64,000 bases of DNA. Source: an uncultured bacterium. GTDB taxonomy: Bacteria > Verrucomicrobiota > Lentisphaeria > Victivallales > UBA1829. The notes under the pieces were generated by a model. That model was not told where the DNA came from. It did no database searches and saw only the letters and a list, made by a program, of their open reading frames with translations. The translations under genes were made by a program, and so were the position numbers. The stretch spans positions 24,101 to 88,100 of the forward strand of contig URKJ01000012.1 in assembly GCA_900548385.1 (NCBI GenBank). Reading direction: 5' to 3'. Below, piece by piece: positions 26,136-34,799 of this stretch (position 1 is the first letter of the stretch; every line of letters starts with the position of its first letter).

Positions 26136-27951
26136 TGCAACAGTTGGTTCCACCGTTCCGCAGTTGCCGCCTGAAGCGCGAAAAGAAGTGATGTATCACG
26201 GCATTCCGGCTTCTTCCGGGATCGCCATCGGAATCGCGCTGATTGTCGGCAGAGTCGGCCGCTCCTCCCTGGATGTTGAACCGAAACCGATCACGGAATC
26301 GGAGGTCCCCTGCGAGATTTCCCGTTTCACGGCGGCGCTTGACAGAACCCGGCGCCAGATCATGGAGTTGCAGTCCCGTGTCAAATCCTCGCTGGCTTCC
26401 GAAGAAGCCAGTATTTTCGATGCTCATCTGCTGATCGTTGACGATAAAGTGCTGACGCAGGAGGTGATTGAGGGCATCCGCAAGGAACTCCAGGCGGCGG
26501 ATGTGGTGTTCGCGCGGATTATTCAGCGGTATGTTTCCGCAATTTCCGCGGTCGATGACCAGTATCTCAAAGAACGCGCTTCCGACGTTGCCGACGTCGC
26601 ATACCGTATTTTGGATAACCTCAGCGGGGAAGAACGGCAGCTTCTGGACCGGCTTCCCGGACAGAGAATCCTGATTTCCAAAGATCTGGCGCCGTCCGAC
26701 ACCGCGATGCTTGACCGTGAAAATGTACAGGCATTTGCAACGGAGACTGGAAGCCGGACTTCCCACACCGCGATTCTGGCGCGTTCCATGCGCATTCCGG
26801 CGGTCGTAGGGGTTCCCGGACTGCTTGCCGGCATTCACAACGGGGATGTGCTGATTATTGACGGGTACGCCGGCACGATTATCACCAATCCTGCACAGGA
26901 GACACTGGAACTCTATGCCCAGAAAGAGGTTTCCAAAGAACAGTTCTTCAATGAACTGCAGCAGGAAAGTTCGCTTCTGCCTGAAACCATCGACGGATAC
27001 CGGATTCATCTTGCCGCCAATCTTGACGACTCCGGAAATATCGGCGAGGTCCATAAATCCGGAGCATCGGGAATCGGACTGTTCCGCACGGAATATCTGT
27101 TCATGGGGAACCGGATTCCGACGGAAGAGGAGCAATTCGAAGTTTACCGGAGAATCGCGGAGGGGATGAACGGCGAGGCGACCATTATCCGGACGCTGGA
27201 TCTCGGCGGCGACAAGCTTTCTTCGCTGATCAATGTCACGCACGATGCGAACCCGTTTCTCGGACAGCGGTCGATCCGGCTGTGTCTGGCTTATCCCGAA
27301 TTGCTGATTCCCCAGCTCCGTGCGATCCTCCGGGCAAGCGTGTTCGGGCATATCCGCATGATGTTTCCGATGGTCACCTGCGAGGACGAGATCGACCAGC
27401 TGCTGGAAATTCTCGACAGGGTCCGGGAAGAGCTGCGGGCGGAGAAAAAGAAATTTGATGAACATCTGGAAGTCGGCATCATGGTGGAAACTCCCGCCGC
27501 CGCGCTGTTTGCGGAGCATCTTGCCCGGAAAGTCGATTTCTTCAGCATCGGGACCAATGACCTTGTTCAGTATACAATGGCGGTGGACCGCGGCAATGAA
27601 AAGATTGCCTTCCTGTACCGTCCGGCGCACCCGGTGATCCTGATGCTGATTGACCGGATCGTCAAGGCGGCGAATGCCGCGGGGATCTGGGTCAGCGTCT
27701 GCGGGGAAATGGCATCGGATCCCCGGTTCATTCCGCTGCTGATCGGGCTCGGAGTGCAGGAGCTCAGCATGAGCACGGGATCGCTCGGCGTTGCCCGCCG
27801 TGTGATCCGCAGTCTCCGCATGTACGAAGCGGAGCAGTTCGCGGAGGAAGCGATGAAGTGCGGCGATCACCGGCAGGTTCTGGATATGTCGGATGCGTTT
27901 TTGCAGCGGGTCGCCCCCGATGTCGTAAGTCTCGCCATGAAAGGTGTTTAA
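26125..27951 (+). CDS. ptsI: phosphoenolpyruvate-protein phosphotransferase (PTS enzyme I)
   Basis: Start at ATG 26125 (11-nt overlap with ptsH); ATG 26191 is an alternative. Active-site His region SHTAILARSMRIPAVVG. PEP-utilising C-terminal FFSIGTNDL. Confidence 0.92.
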   Translation: MKNDATVGSTVPQLPPEARKEVMYHGIPASSGIAIGIALIVGRVGRSSLDVEPKPITESEVPCEISRFTAALDRTRRQIMELQSRVKSSLASEEASIFDAHLLIVDDKVLTQEVIEGIRKELQAADVVFARIIQRYVSAISAVDDQYLKERASDVADVAYRILDNLSGEERQLLDRLPGQRILISKDLAPSDTAMLDRENVQAFATETGSRTSHTAILARSMRIPAVVGVPGLLAGIHNGDVLIIDGYAGTIITNPAQETLELYAQKEVSKEQFFNELQQESSLLPETIDGYRIHLAANLDDSGNIGEVHKSGASGIGLFRTEYLFMGNRIPTEEEQFEVYRRIAEGMNGEATIIRTLDLGGDKLSSLINVTHDANPFLGQRSIRLCLAYPELLIPQLRAILRASVFGHIRMMFPMVTCEDEIDQLLEILDRVREELRAEKKKFDEHLEVGIMVETPAAALFAEHLARKVDFFSIGTNDLVQYTMAVDRGNEKIAFLYRPAHPVILMLIDRIVKAANAAGIWVSVCGEMASDPRFIPLLIGLGVQELSMSTGSLGVARRVIRSLRMYEAEQFAEEAMKCGDHRQVLDMSDAFLQRVAPDVVSLAMKGV

Positions 27952-27969
27952 TACAACTAAGGAACAAAA

Positions 27970-28473
27970 ATGGGAACCAAAGTAAAACTGACAACAGGAA
28001 TGGGTGATATTGAGCTGGAGCTCTTTGATAAGGAGACTCCGGTCACCGTCCGTAATTTTCTTGATTATGTGAAGAGCGGCCACTACAACGGTACGATCTT
28101 CCACCGTGTTATCGACGGTTTCATGATCCAGGGCGGCGGTATGGATGCCGATATGAACGAACTTGACACCGAACCGCCGATTAAGAACGAGGCGCATGTC
28201 GCTCCTTCCAACAAACGCGGCACTGTCGCAATGGCGCGAACCAACGTGGTGGACAGCGCCACGGCGCAGTTCTTCATCAATCTTGTGGACAATGATTTTC
28301 TTGATCATAAGTCCAAATCGCCGTCGGGTTACGGCTACTGCGTTTTCGGCAAGGTGACAAAGGGAATGAATGTCGTCGATAAGATCGGCAAAGTCGAAAC
28401 GGGACCGTACGGCTATCATGACGATGTTCCGGTGGAACCTGTTGTTATCGAACGCGCGGAAGAGCTTTCCTGA
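27970..28473 (+). CDS. ppiB: cyclophilin-type peptidyl-prolyl cis-trans isomerase
   Basis: 167 aa. [24 protein letters not shown] motifs. No signal peptide. Confidence 0.92.
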   Translation: MGTKVKLTTGMGDIELELFDKETPVTVRNFLDYVKSGHYNGTIFHRVIDGFMIQGGGMDADMNELDTEPPIKNEAHVAPSNKRGTVAMARTNVVDSATAQFFINLVDNDFLDHKSKSPSGYGYCVFGKVTKGMNVVDKIGKVETGPYGYHDDVPVEPVVIERAEELS

Positions 28474-28500
28474 CGGAGCTTCCGGAATGCGCGGTCCGGT

Positions 28501-28540
28501 CCGGCATTTTGACAGAAGTCGTCAATGCCGGATTTTTCTT
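28501..28540 (+). terminator. intrinsic terminator after ppiB
   Basis: Stem CCGGCATT..GAC / GTC.AATGCCGG (28501-28531) followed by TTTTT (28533-28537). Confidence 0.8.
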
Positions 28541-28717
28541 TAATAAGAACCGGAAAAATCATCAGATCCGCGCCGGTTTTACAATAAGGTCCGAAACAGA
28601 TCAAGATGTTCCAGTATGGACGGCGTCGTCGTGTTCCTTTTTATTTCCGGTTTTCCCGGAATGATGGACAATATTGGTGATTTTTTGGTTTTCTTTCCGT
28701 GCAGTGCATTTCTTTTA

Positions 28718-28746
28718 TTGACAGAATGGGGAAACGGTTGTAAATT
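28718..28746 (+). promoter_or_regulatory. candidate promoter of adk-map-infA
   Basis: TTGACA (28718-28723), 17-nt spacer, TAAATT (28741-28746). Confidence 0.5.
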
Positions 28747-28791
28747 ATAGGATTATAAAAAATTTTAACTTTATTCAATGAGGAAGTGAAA

Positions 28792-29445
28792 ATGATCACG
28801 AAAAAGAATATCGTTCTTCTCGGCCCTCCGGGAGCGGGAAAAGGTACACTCTCTGAAATTCTTCTGAGAGATGAGAATCTTGCACATGTTTCCACGGGAG
28901 ACATTTTCCGCGCCGAGATCGGAAAAGGAAGCGAAATCGGAAAACTGGCGAAGAGTTATATTGACGCAGGAAAACTGGTTCCCGATGAAGTCGTTGCCGA
29001 TATGGTCGCCGGAAAACTGATCTCCGAAGAGTGCGCGAACGGATTTCTGCTTGATGGTTTTCCGCGCACGATCAAACAGGCGGAACTGCTGGAAGCCGCG
29101 CTTGCAAAAGCCGGAAAAAAACTGGATGCCGTTGTTCTGTTCGATGCTCCGGAAGAGCTGCTGATCCAGAGACTCACGGCCCGTCTTACCTGCCGTAAAT
29201 GCGGTGCAAGCTACAACAGAATCTTCTCCAGACCGAAACAGGAAGGCGTTTGCGATTCCTGCGGCGGAGAGCTCTACCAGCGTACCGACGACTCTTTGGA
29301 AACGGCGAAGAACCGTCTTTCCGTTTACAAGGAACAGACGTTCCCGCTGATCGAATACTATACCGGAAAATCCCTGCTTTCGAAAATAGATTCCTCGCTT
29401 CCCAAAGCCGAGGGATATGCCGCGCTCCGCGCGATTCTGAGCTGA
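28792..29445 (+). CDS. adk: adenylate kinase
   Basis: ATG 28792 is preferred (RBS GAGGAAG 5 nt upstream). P-loop GPPGAGKGT. Zn-lid CRKCG...CDSCGG. Confidence 0.95.
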   Translation: MITKKNIVLLGPPGAGKGTLSEILLRDENLAHVSTGDIFRAEIGKGSEIGKLAKSYIDAGKLVPDEVVADMVAGKLISEECANGFLLDGFPRTIKQAELLEAALAKAGKKLDAVVLFDAPEELLIQRLTARLTCRKCGASYNRIFSRPKQEGVCDSCGGELYQRTDDSLETAKNRLSVYKEQTFPLIEYYTGKSLLSKIDSSLPKAEGYAALRAILS

Positions 29446-29449
29446 TAAA

Positions 29450-30214
29450 ATGGGCAGAGATTACATCATTCATACGCCGGAGGAGATCGCGCATATCCGC
29501 GTTGCCGCGGCGATGGCGGGCAAGGCGCGCGATCGGATCGCGGAGTTCATCCGTCCGGGAATGAGTACCAAAGAGCTGGATATGGTCGCCGGAGAGGTCA
29601 TTGCCTCCATGGGCGGCCGGTGTGCGTTTCTGGGGTATCACGGATATCCCGGAAACATCTGTATTTCCGTGAATGATGAGGTCGTTCACGGAATCGGCGA
29701 TCCCAACCGCTTTATCCTGAAAGGCGATCTCGTCAGTATTGACATCGGTGTTGACTATGAGGGCGGGATCGGCGATACCGCACTTACTGTTTATGTGGGA
29801 GACGAACCGGTTCCGGCGGAAGACCGGAAGCTGATGGACGTGACCCGCGAAGCGTTGGAAGCCGGGATCAAGGCGGCGCTGCCGGGCAATTACATCCGTG
29901 ATATTTCCGCCGCGGTTCAGCAGGTTGCCAAAAAGAACGGTATTGCAGTTGTCCGTGATTTTGTCGGACACGGTTGCGGAGTCAAGCTGCACGAACCGCC
30001 GGAGGTTCCCAATTATGTGACTCCGATGCGCGGTCCGCGCCTGCAGCCGGGCATGGTCCTTGCGATTGAACCGATGTTCAATCTCGGCACTTATAAAGTC
30101 TATGTGGAACGCAATCAATGGACGGTCCGCACCCGCGACGGCAGAAAATCGGCTCATTTTGAGCATATGGTCCTTATCACAAATGAACAACCGGAGGTTT
30201 TAACCCGTGCCTAA
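29450..30214 (+). CDS. map: type I methionine aminopeptidase
   Basis: 254 aa. MAP type-I fold motifs (VHGIG, DIGV..GG..GD, GHG.G...HE..). Position adk-map-infA. Confidence 0.95.
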   Translation: MGRDYIIHTPEEIAHIRVAAAMAGKARDRIAEFIRPGMSTKELDMVAGEVIASMGGRCAFLGYHGYPGNICISVNDEVVHGIGDPNRFILKGDLVSIDIGVDYEGGIGDTALTVYVGDEPVPAEDRKLMDVTREALEAGIKAALPGNYIRDISAAVQQVAKKNGIAVVRDFVGHGCGVKLHEPPEVPNYVTPMRGPRLQPGMVLAIEPMFNLGTYKVYVERNQWTVRTRDGRKSAHFEHMVLITNEQPEVLTRA

Positions 30215-30425
30215 AGATGACGTCATAAAAGTAGAGGGTGTAGTAAAGGAACTGCTCCCCAACACCATGTTTAAAGTGGAACTGTCGAACGGACATTGCG
30301 TTCTCGCCCACATCAGCGGCAAGATGCGTCTGAATTTCATCCGTATTCTTCCCGGTGACGCCGTGACGCTTGAAATGTCGCCTTACGATCTGACGAAGGG
30401 CAGAATCGTGTTCCGCCAGAAATAA
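30207..30425 (+). CDS. infA: translation initiation factor IF-1
   Basis: 72 aa. [30 protein letters not shown]...[14 protein letters not shown]. 8-nt overlap with map. Confidence 0.97.
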   Translation: MPKDDVIKVEGVVKELLPNTMFKVELSNGHCVLAHISGKMRLNFIRILPGDAVTLEMSPYDLTKGRIVFRQK

Positions 30426-30535
30426 GCCGGATGGAAATACGCAGGAAAAAATAAAAATTTTTCAGATTTCCATTTGACTTTTTCAAAGAATGATGTATCT
30501 TATAGACATCTGCCAAAGATAAGATGAACTCGAGT

Positions 30536-30611
30536 GAGTCGGTAGCTCAGTCGGTAGAGCATCGCCCTTTTAAGGCGGTGGTCCCGGGTTCGAGCCCCGG
30601 CCGACTCACCA
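30536..30611 (+). tRNA. tRNA-Lys (anticodon UUU), CCA encoded
   Basis: Cloverleaf read by eye. Acceptor GAGTCGG/CCGACTC, D arm GCTC-AGTCGGTA-GAGC, anticodon loop CTTTTAA, T arm CCGGG-TTCGAGC-CCCGG, discriminator A plus CCA. Confidence 0.93.
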
Positions 30612-30720
30612 TTTATTTCTCCAGTCTTATGAACCATGCCGGTTATCCGCTTTTGCAGACATGTTTTCATCCGTTCCGCAAATCCGCCGTTTGCCGGTCT
30701 TATTTCCGGAGTCAAATTCC

Positions 30721-31347
30721 ATGAGTGATATACAGCGTCTCGGAATCGCCCTGATCCTTTCCGGTCCCAGCGGATCGGGAAAGTCAAGCATTTGCAAGGA
30801 AGTGATGAAACGTCACCCCGATGTGACATTTTCGATCTCCTGCACCACACGCGCCCCGCGCGGTACGGAGCAGGACGGCGTGGATTACCATTTTCTTTCC
30901 CGTGATGAATTCAAGGCGAAGATCGAAGCGGATGAATTTATCGAATATGCCGAAGTTCACGGCAATTTCTACGGCACCCTGAAATCCGAGGTCGTGAACC
31001 GTGTGACGAAAGGGATTGACGTGATTCTTGACATTGATGTTCAGGGGGCCGCGAAAGTGCACGAGCTCTGCCGGACCGATGAAGTTTTCCGCGATTGTGC
31101 GGAATTTGTGTTTGTCACTCCACCCTCCCATGCCGAGCTGGAGCGGCGTCTGCGCGGCCGCGGGACCGATGCTGAAACGGTTATTTTAAAGCGTTTGGAG
31201 AATTCCAGACTTGAAATTTCCCGCTGGAGGGAGTATTCGTATCTCCTGATAAACGATGATTTCGGGAGCGCGGTGGAGAGATTCAACGCTCTGCTCCTCG
31301 CATTCAGAATGTCCACCAAACGATGGAAAGAGGATATCAATGTCTGA
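30721..31347 (+). CDS. gmk: guanylate kinase
   Basis: Start at ATG 30721 (MSDIQRLG). P-loop GPSGSGKSS. Also TTR.PR..E..G.DY.F. Confidence 0.93.
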   Translation: MSDIQRLGIALILSGPSGSGKSSICKEVMKRHPDVTFSISCTTRAPRGTEQDGVDYHFLSRDEFKAKIEADEFIEYAEVHGNFYGTLKSEVVNRVTKGIDVILDIDVQGAAKVHELCRTDEVFRDCAEFVFVTPPSHAELERRLRGRGTDAETVILKRLENSRLEISRWREYSYLLINDDFGSAVERFNALLLAFRMSTKRWKEDINV

Positions 31348-31885
31348 CCCTGATGCTGTTCTTCTCGGCGTGACCGGCGGAGTTGCCATTTATAAAGCCG
31401 CGGATCTCTGCTCCAAATTGTCCGCCGCCGGATACGATGTTCATGTGATGATGACCGATTCCGCGCGTCATCTGATCTCCGATAAACTGTTTTTCACGCT
31501 TTCCCGCAATCCGGTGATTTTTGATCTCTGGGATACTCCCACATGGAAGCCGGGTCATATTGAGATTTCCGAACTGGCGTCCCTGATGGTGATTGCACCC
31601 TGTACGGCGAATTTCCTGGGAAAATACGCCAACGGGATCGCCGATGATGCACTCACCACGTCCGCAATCGCGTATCAGGGAGCCGTTCTCCTGGCACCCG
31701 CGATGAATACACGCATGTGGCAGAATCCGGCGGTTCAGCGCAACTGCGCGACGCTGCGTGCACAAGGCGTCCATTTTGTCGGTCCCGGCAAGGGACGTCT
31801 TGCCTGCGGAGACAATGGCGAGGGCCGGATGGCGGAAGTCTCCGAAATTCTGGAAGCGATCGAATCCATCCGCAAAAACGCCTGA
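31340..31885 (+). CDS. coaC: phosphopantothenoylcysteine decarboxylase-type flavoprotein (CoaC-only, no CoaB half)
   Basis: 181 aa. GVTGGVAIYKA FMN-binding start and APAMNTRMW motif. 8-nt overlap with the gmk stop. Confidence 0.7.
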   Translation: MSDPDAVLLGVTGGVAIYKAADLCSKLSAAGYDVHVMMTDSARHLISDKLFFTLSRNPVIFDLWDTPTWKPGHIEISELASLMVIAPCTANFLGKYANGIADDALTTSAIAYQGAVLLAPAMNTRMWQNPAVQRNCATLRAQGVHFVGPGKGRLACGDNGEGRMAEVSEILEAIESIRKNA

Positions 31886-31896
31886 CGGGGTTTGCA

Positions 31897-32706
31897 ATGT
31901 CCGCTTCGACCGTTCATCTGAATGCTCCGGAAATTCATCTGGGGGCGGTTTCCAAGACCCGGCTGACGGCGTTCTGGAATCATTTGACGCTGGGTGGATA
32001 CTACTGGCGGCTTTATCATCACACCGCCTGCGGAGCGGGAGTATTCCTTGATGGACAGAGGATTGAGCTGACGCCGGATAAGCTCTATCTGCTTCCGCCG
32101 AATTGCAATCTGAGAACATGGTCCGGCGGTGCGCCGGAGCAGCTCTATATTCATTTTGAAGTGGAAAATATTTCCGGCAGCCGCGCTCATCTGGTGAATG
32201 CGATCGACCTTGAGGGATCGGGGTGTGTCGCGGTGATTCTGAAAGAGCTGCACGATTGTTTTGCCGCGGAGAATTGCCCGCCGGCGCGGCGCAAACTGCT
32301 TGGCCTATCCCTTGTCACAGCATCAATAGCGAAACTTCCGCCGGAAGCGTTTTCCGAGATCGACTGCGACCGCCGCATTATCGACGCCTGTGACTATATC
32401 CGTTCGAATATCGACAAAGAGATCAATCTTGCGACTCTTTCCCGGATTGCGGGACTTTCGGAAAATGTATTCCTGCGGGATTTCAAGTCCCAGACGGGCA
32501 GTACTCCGTATCAGTATCTTCTGCATGTCCGGTATACGCAGGCGGCGCGTCTGCTTCAGTTCGGAAACTGTACGATCGACGAGATTTGTTATTCAATCGG
32601 CGTCAACGACCGCTTTCATTTTTCCCGCACATTCAAGCGGATGTACGGCGTTCCGCCTGCGCAGTACCGCAAACATCTTCAGGAACACTCCGTATTTACG
32701 GAGTGA
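31897..32706 (+). CDS. AraC-family transcriptional regulator
   Basis: Start at ATG 31897. Cupin-like N-terminus. C-terminal double HTH LSRIAGLSENVFLRDFKSQTGSTPYQYLLHVRYTQAARLL...FSRTFKRMYGVPP. Confidence 0.8.
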   Translation: MSASTVHLNAPEIHLGAVSKTRLTAFWNHLTLGGYYWRLYHHTACGAGVFLDGQRIELTPDKLYLLPPNCNLRTWSGGAPEQLYIHFEVENISGSRAHLVNAIDLEGSGCVAVILKELHDCFAAENCPPARRKLLGLSLVTASIAKLPPEAFSEIDCDRRIIDACDYIRSNIDKEINLATLSRIAGLSENVFLRDFKSQTGSTPYQYLLHVRYTQAARLLQFGNCTIDEICYSIGVNDRFHFSRTFKRMYGVPPAQYRKHLQEHSVFTE

Positions 32707-32928
32707 TTCCGGTATGATTTACGGGCACATAAAGAGGCTATTTCAAAAGTTTTTAATTTCAATATATTCAGGGATAAATCCTTATTCTGAAGGATGGGCG
32801 TGTTCAGGCAAGAGCCTCCGTGGATATTCTGACGGCGGGGACCTTCAGGGAGCCTTCGGTTTGTTTCGGGAAACGTGCGGGATTTTGCCTCCGGACTCTC
32901 TTTTTTCTCTTTTTTTTCAAAAGGCCTA

Positions 32929-32957
32929 TTGACAAAATTCGCAGAATGTTGTATAAT
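32929..32957 (+). promoter_or_regulatory. consensus sigma70 promoter of cassette b
   Basis: TTGACA (32929-32934), 17-nt spacer, TATAAT (32952-32957). A T-rich tract lies upstream. Shares TTGACAAAATT with the promoter at 55146. Confidence 0.65.
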
Positions 32958-33005
32958 ATAAATAAATGACACAGTAACTCTACTAATATCAACTTCGGAC
33001 GGAAA

Positions 33006-34037
33006 ATGGCGGATACGGCGGTTTCAGAATACATGAAAATACGGCGTTATGTGGTCAATCTGATTTACAAAGCGCGCGGAAAATCAATTCAGGTCCCGAC
33101 GATTTTGGAACTGGCGAAACAGTTTGGCGTAAGTCATGCGACGGTGAGCAAGGCGATGAAGGAGCTTACGACAGAGGGCTTTATCATCGGCCGGCGCGGT
33201 ATCGGATCGTTCACGAATCCGCGTCTGAGTGCTGCCGGCGGTATCCGGGAGCTGCCGGTGATCGGGATTCTGATGGAGGACGGCATGGGGGTGCATTTCG
33301 ACAAATACCTGGCACCCATTCTCGGGCAGATGCTTCAGCAGTTGGTCTGCCTGCCGGCGACGGTTCATCTCCTGACTCTGGGGAGCCTTGACCCTGAAGT
33401 TATGCACCGTGAGATTGTCAACGAGCAGCTCGACGGGCTCCTGTGGAATTGTCCCGAGGAAAGAGGCGTTGAGGTTGCCCGGCGGCTGCGGAGGGACGGG
33501 CTCCCTGTTGTTCTTCTCGGGAAGAAAGCCGAGGGGCTCTCCTCCGCCATGTTCGATTTTGAAGGATGGGGGATGGAGTGCGGAAAACAACTGCTGAAAG
33601 AGGGGCGGCGGAACGTCGTATTCCTGCCGGATGTGTTTCCGTGGAACCGTTCTTTCGGCGGAATTCGCGGAGTATACCGGGAAGCGGGCATTTCCCTCAA
33701 TGAGAATTTGTTTCTGAAGGACAGCTTCTCCTGTCTGGAGGAGTTGAAGCGGGTGATTGCGTACGGAGTTCCTGTCGATGCGGTCTGCAATACGCTTTTT
33801 TCGGAAAACGAGGTGAATGACGTTTTGCTGGCGGCGGATCCGGGGATCGTCTCCCGGTGCTGTCTGGTTCAAAGCTCCCTTGCGGCGGCACCGCACCCGG
33901 GCTTTCACCGGATCATCTATGGACTGCCGTTCGAGGAACTGATCGGAGAAGGAGTGGCTTTGATGAGGCTGGCTCTGGAGAAAAAAGATTCTCCCGGAGA
34001 GTGCCGGAAGGTCAGGCTGCCGATGATAATAAAATAA
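33006..34037 (+). CDS. AraR-type regulator (GntR winged-HTH + LacI/PBP-type sugar-sensor domain)
   Basis: 343 aa. wHTH PTILELAKQFGVSHATVSKAMKELTTEGFIIGRRGIGSFT, then a LacI-like periplasmic-binding-fold domain. Confidence 0.75.
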   Translation: MADTAVSEYMKIRRYVVNLIYKARGKSIQVPTILELAKQFGVSHATVSKAMKELTTEGFIIGRRGIGSFTNPRLSAAGGIRELPVIGILMEDGMGVHFDKYLAPILGQMLQQLVCLPATVHLLTLGSLDPEVMHREIVNEQLDGLLWNCPEERGVEVARRLRRDGLPVVLLGKKAEGLSSAMFDFEGWGMECGKQLLKEGRRNVVFLPDVFPWNRSFGGIRGVYREAGISLNENLFLKDSFSCLEELKRVIAYGVPVDAVCNTLFSENEVNDVLLAADPGIVSRCCLVQSSLAAAPHPGFHRIIYGLPFEELIGEGVALMRLALEKKDSPGECRKVRLPMIIK

Positions 34038-34052
34038 CGGGAGGTGTTTTTT

Positions 34053-34787
34053 ATGAAAGGAAAAGTGAAAAAATTTACGCTTCTAGAACTTTTAATTGCA
34101 ATTTCTGTAATTGCCATTCTTGCAGGACTTTTGCTTCCGGCATTGAACAAGGCCCGGGAGAGGGCGTACCAGGTCAAGTGCATGGGAACGATGAAGACGA
34201 TGATTTTCGCCGCACTGCAGTATGCCGATGACAGCGGCGGCAGGATGCTGCCGAGACAGACGACCTCCGATTTCATGGGATCGACCTGGGCCAGGAATGA
34301 ACATTTTCTGGAATTCGCGGGAATCAAATTCAGCAAGAACTATCCGATGTATTGGTATAAGCCGTTCATGTGTCCGACGGTGGATTTGACAAAGAAAGGC
34401 TGGAACCGGGAGGACATCGGAATGGCAACCAGTATTTACGGTATGCAGGATAAGATGGATCCTCTGACTCTGGAAGAGAGCCGGGAAACCGGAGTAATGC
34501 TGAATCAGGTGTTTGCCCCTTCATCTAAAATCTTTTTTCAGGAGTCAACCTATGGAGGACATCCGGTTGTTGGCAGCGGAACAAATCGCTCCTGGACATT
34601 GACTTATGGAGAAAATTTTGGTCAGGAGGGGCTGTCGGCGGGACAGAACTGGATCACATACCGCCACAATGGCCAATCCGCATCGAACAACGCTTATTAC
34701 GACGGTCATGTGGAGTGTAATGGCTATGCGTCCATGACTGATTCTTCTTCCCGCAGAAACAAACGGCTTTATTATAAGTATAAATGA
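34053..34787 (+). CDS. prepilin-type N-terminal methylation-domain protein, H-X9-DG-like family
   Basis: ATG 34053 is preferred (GGGAGG 9 nt upstream; the ORF track starts at GTG 34044). N-terminus [37 protein letters not shown]-terminal H-x11-DGHV. Confidence 0.85.
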   Translation: MKGKVKKFTLLELLIAISVIAILAGLLLPALNKARERAYQVKCMGTMKTMIFAALQYADDSGGRMLPRQTTSDFMGSTWARNEHFLEFAGIKFSKNYPMYWYKPFMCPTVDLTKKGWNREDIGMATSIYGMQDKMDPLTLEESRETGVMLNQVFAPSSKIFFQESTYGGHPVVGSGTNRSWTLTYGENFGQEGLSAGQNWITYRHNGQSASNNAYYDGHVECNGYASMTDSSSRRNKRLYYKYK

Positions 34788-34799
34788 AAGGAGCATTTC

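Noticed and set aside
32390-32932. A 180-aa ORF spanning the AraC 3' end and the 300-nt intergenic region upstream of cassette b.
   Set aside because: It overlaps the AraC gene out of frame and has no RBS. The translation is low-complexity Ser/Arg/Phe-rich sequence. The region ends in a T-rich tract and a consensus promoter, so it reads as regulatory DNA.
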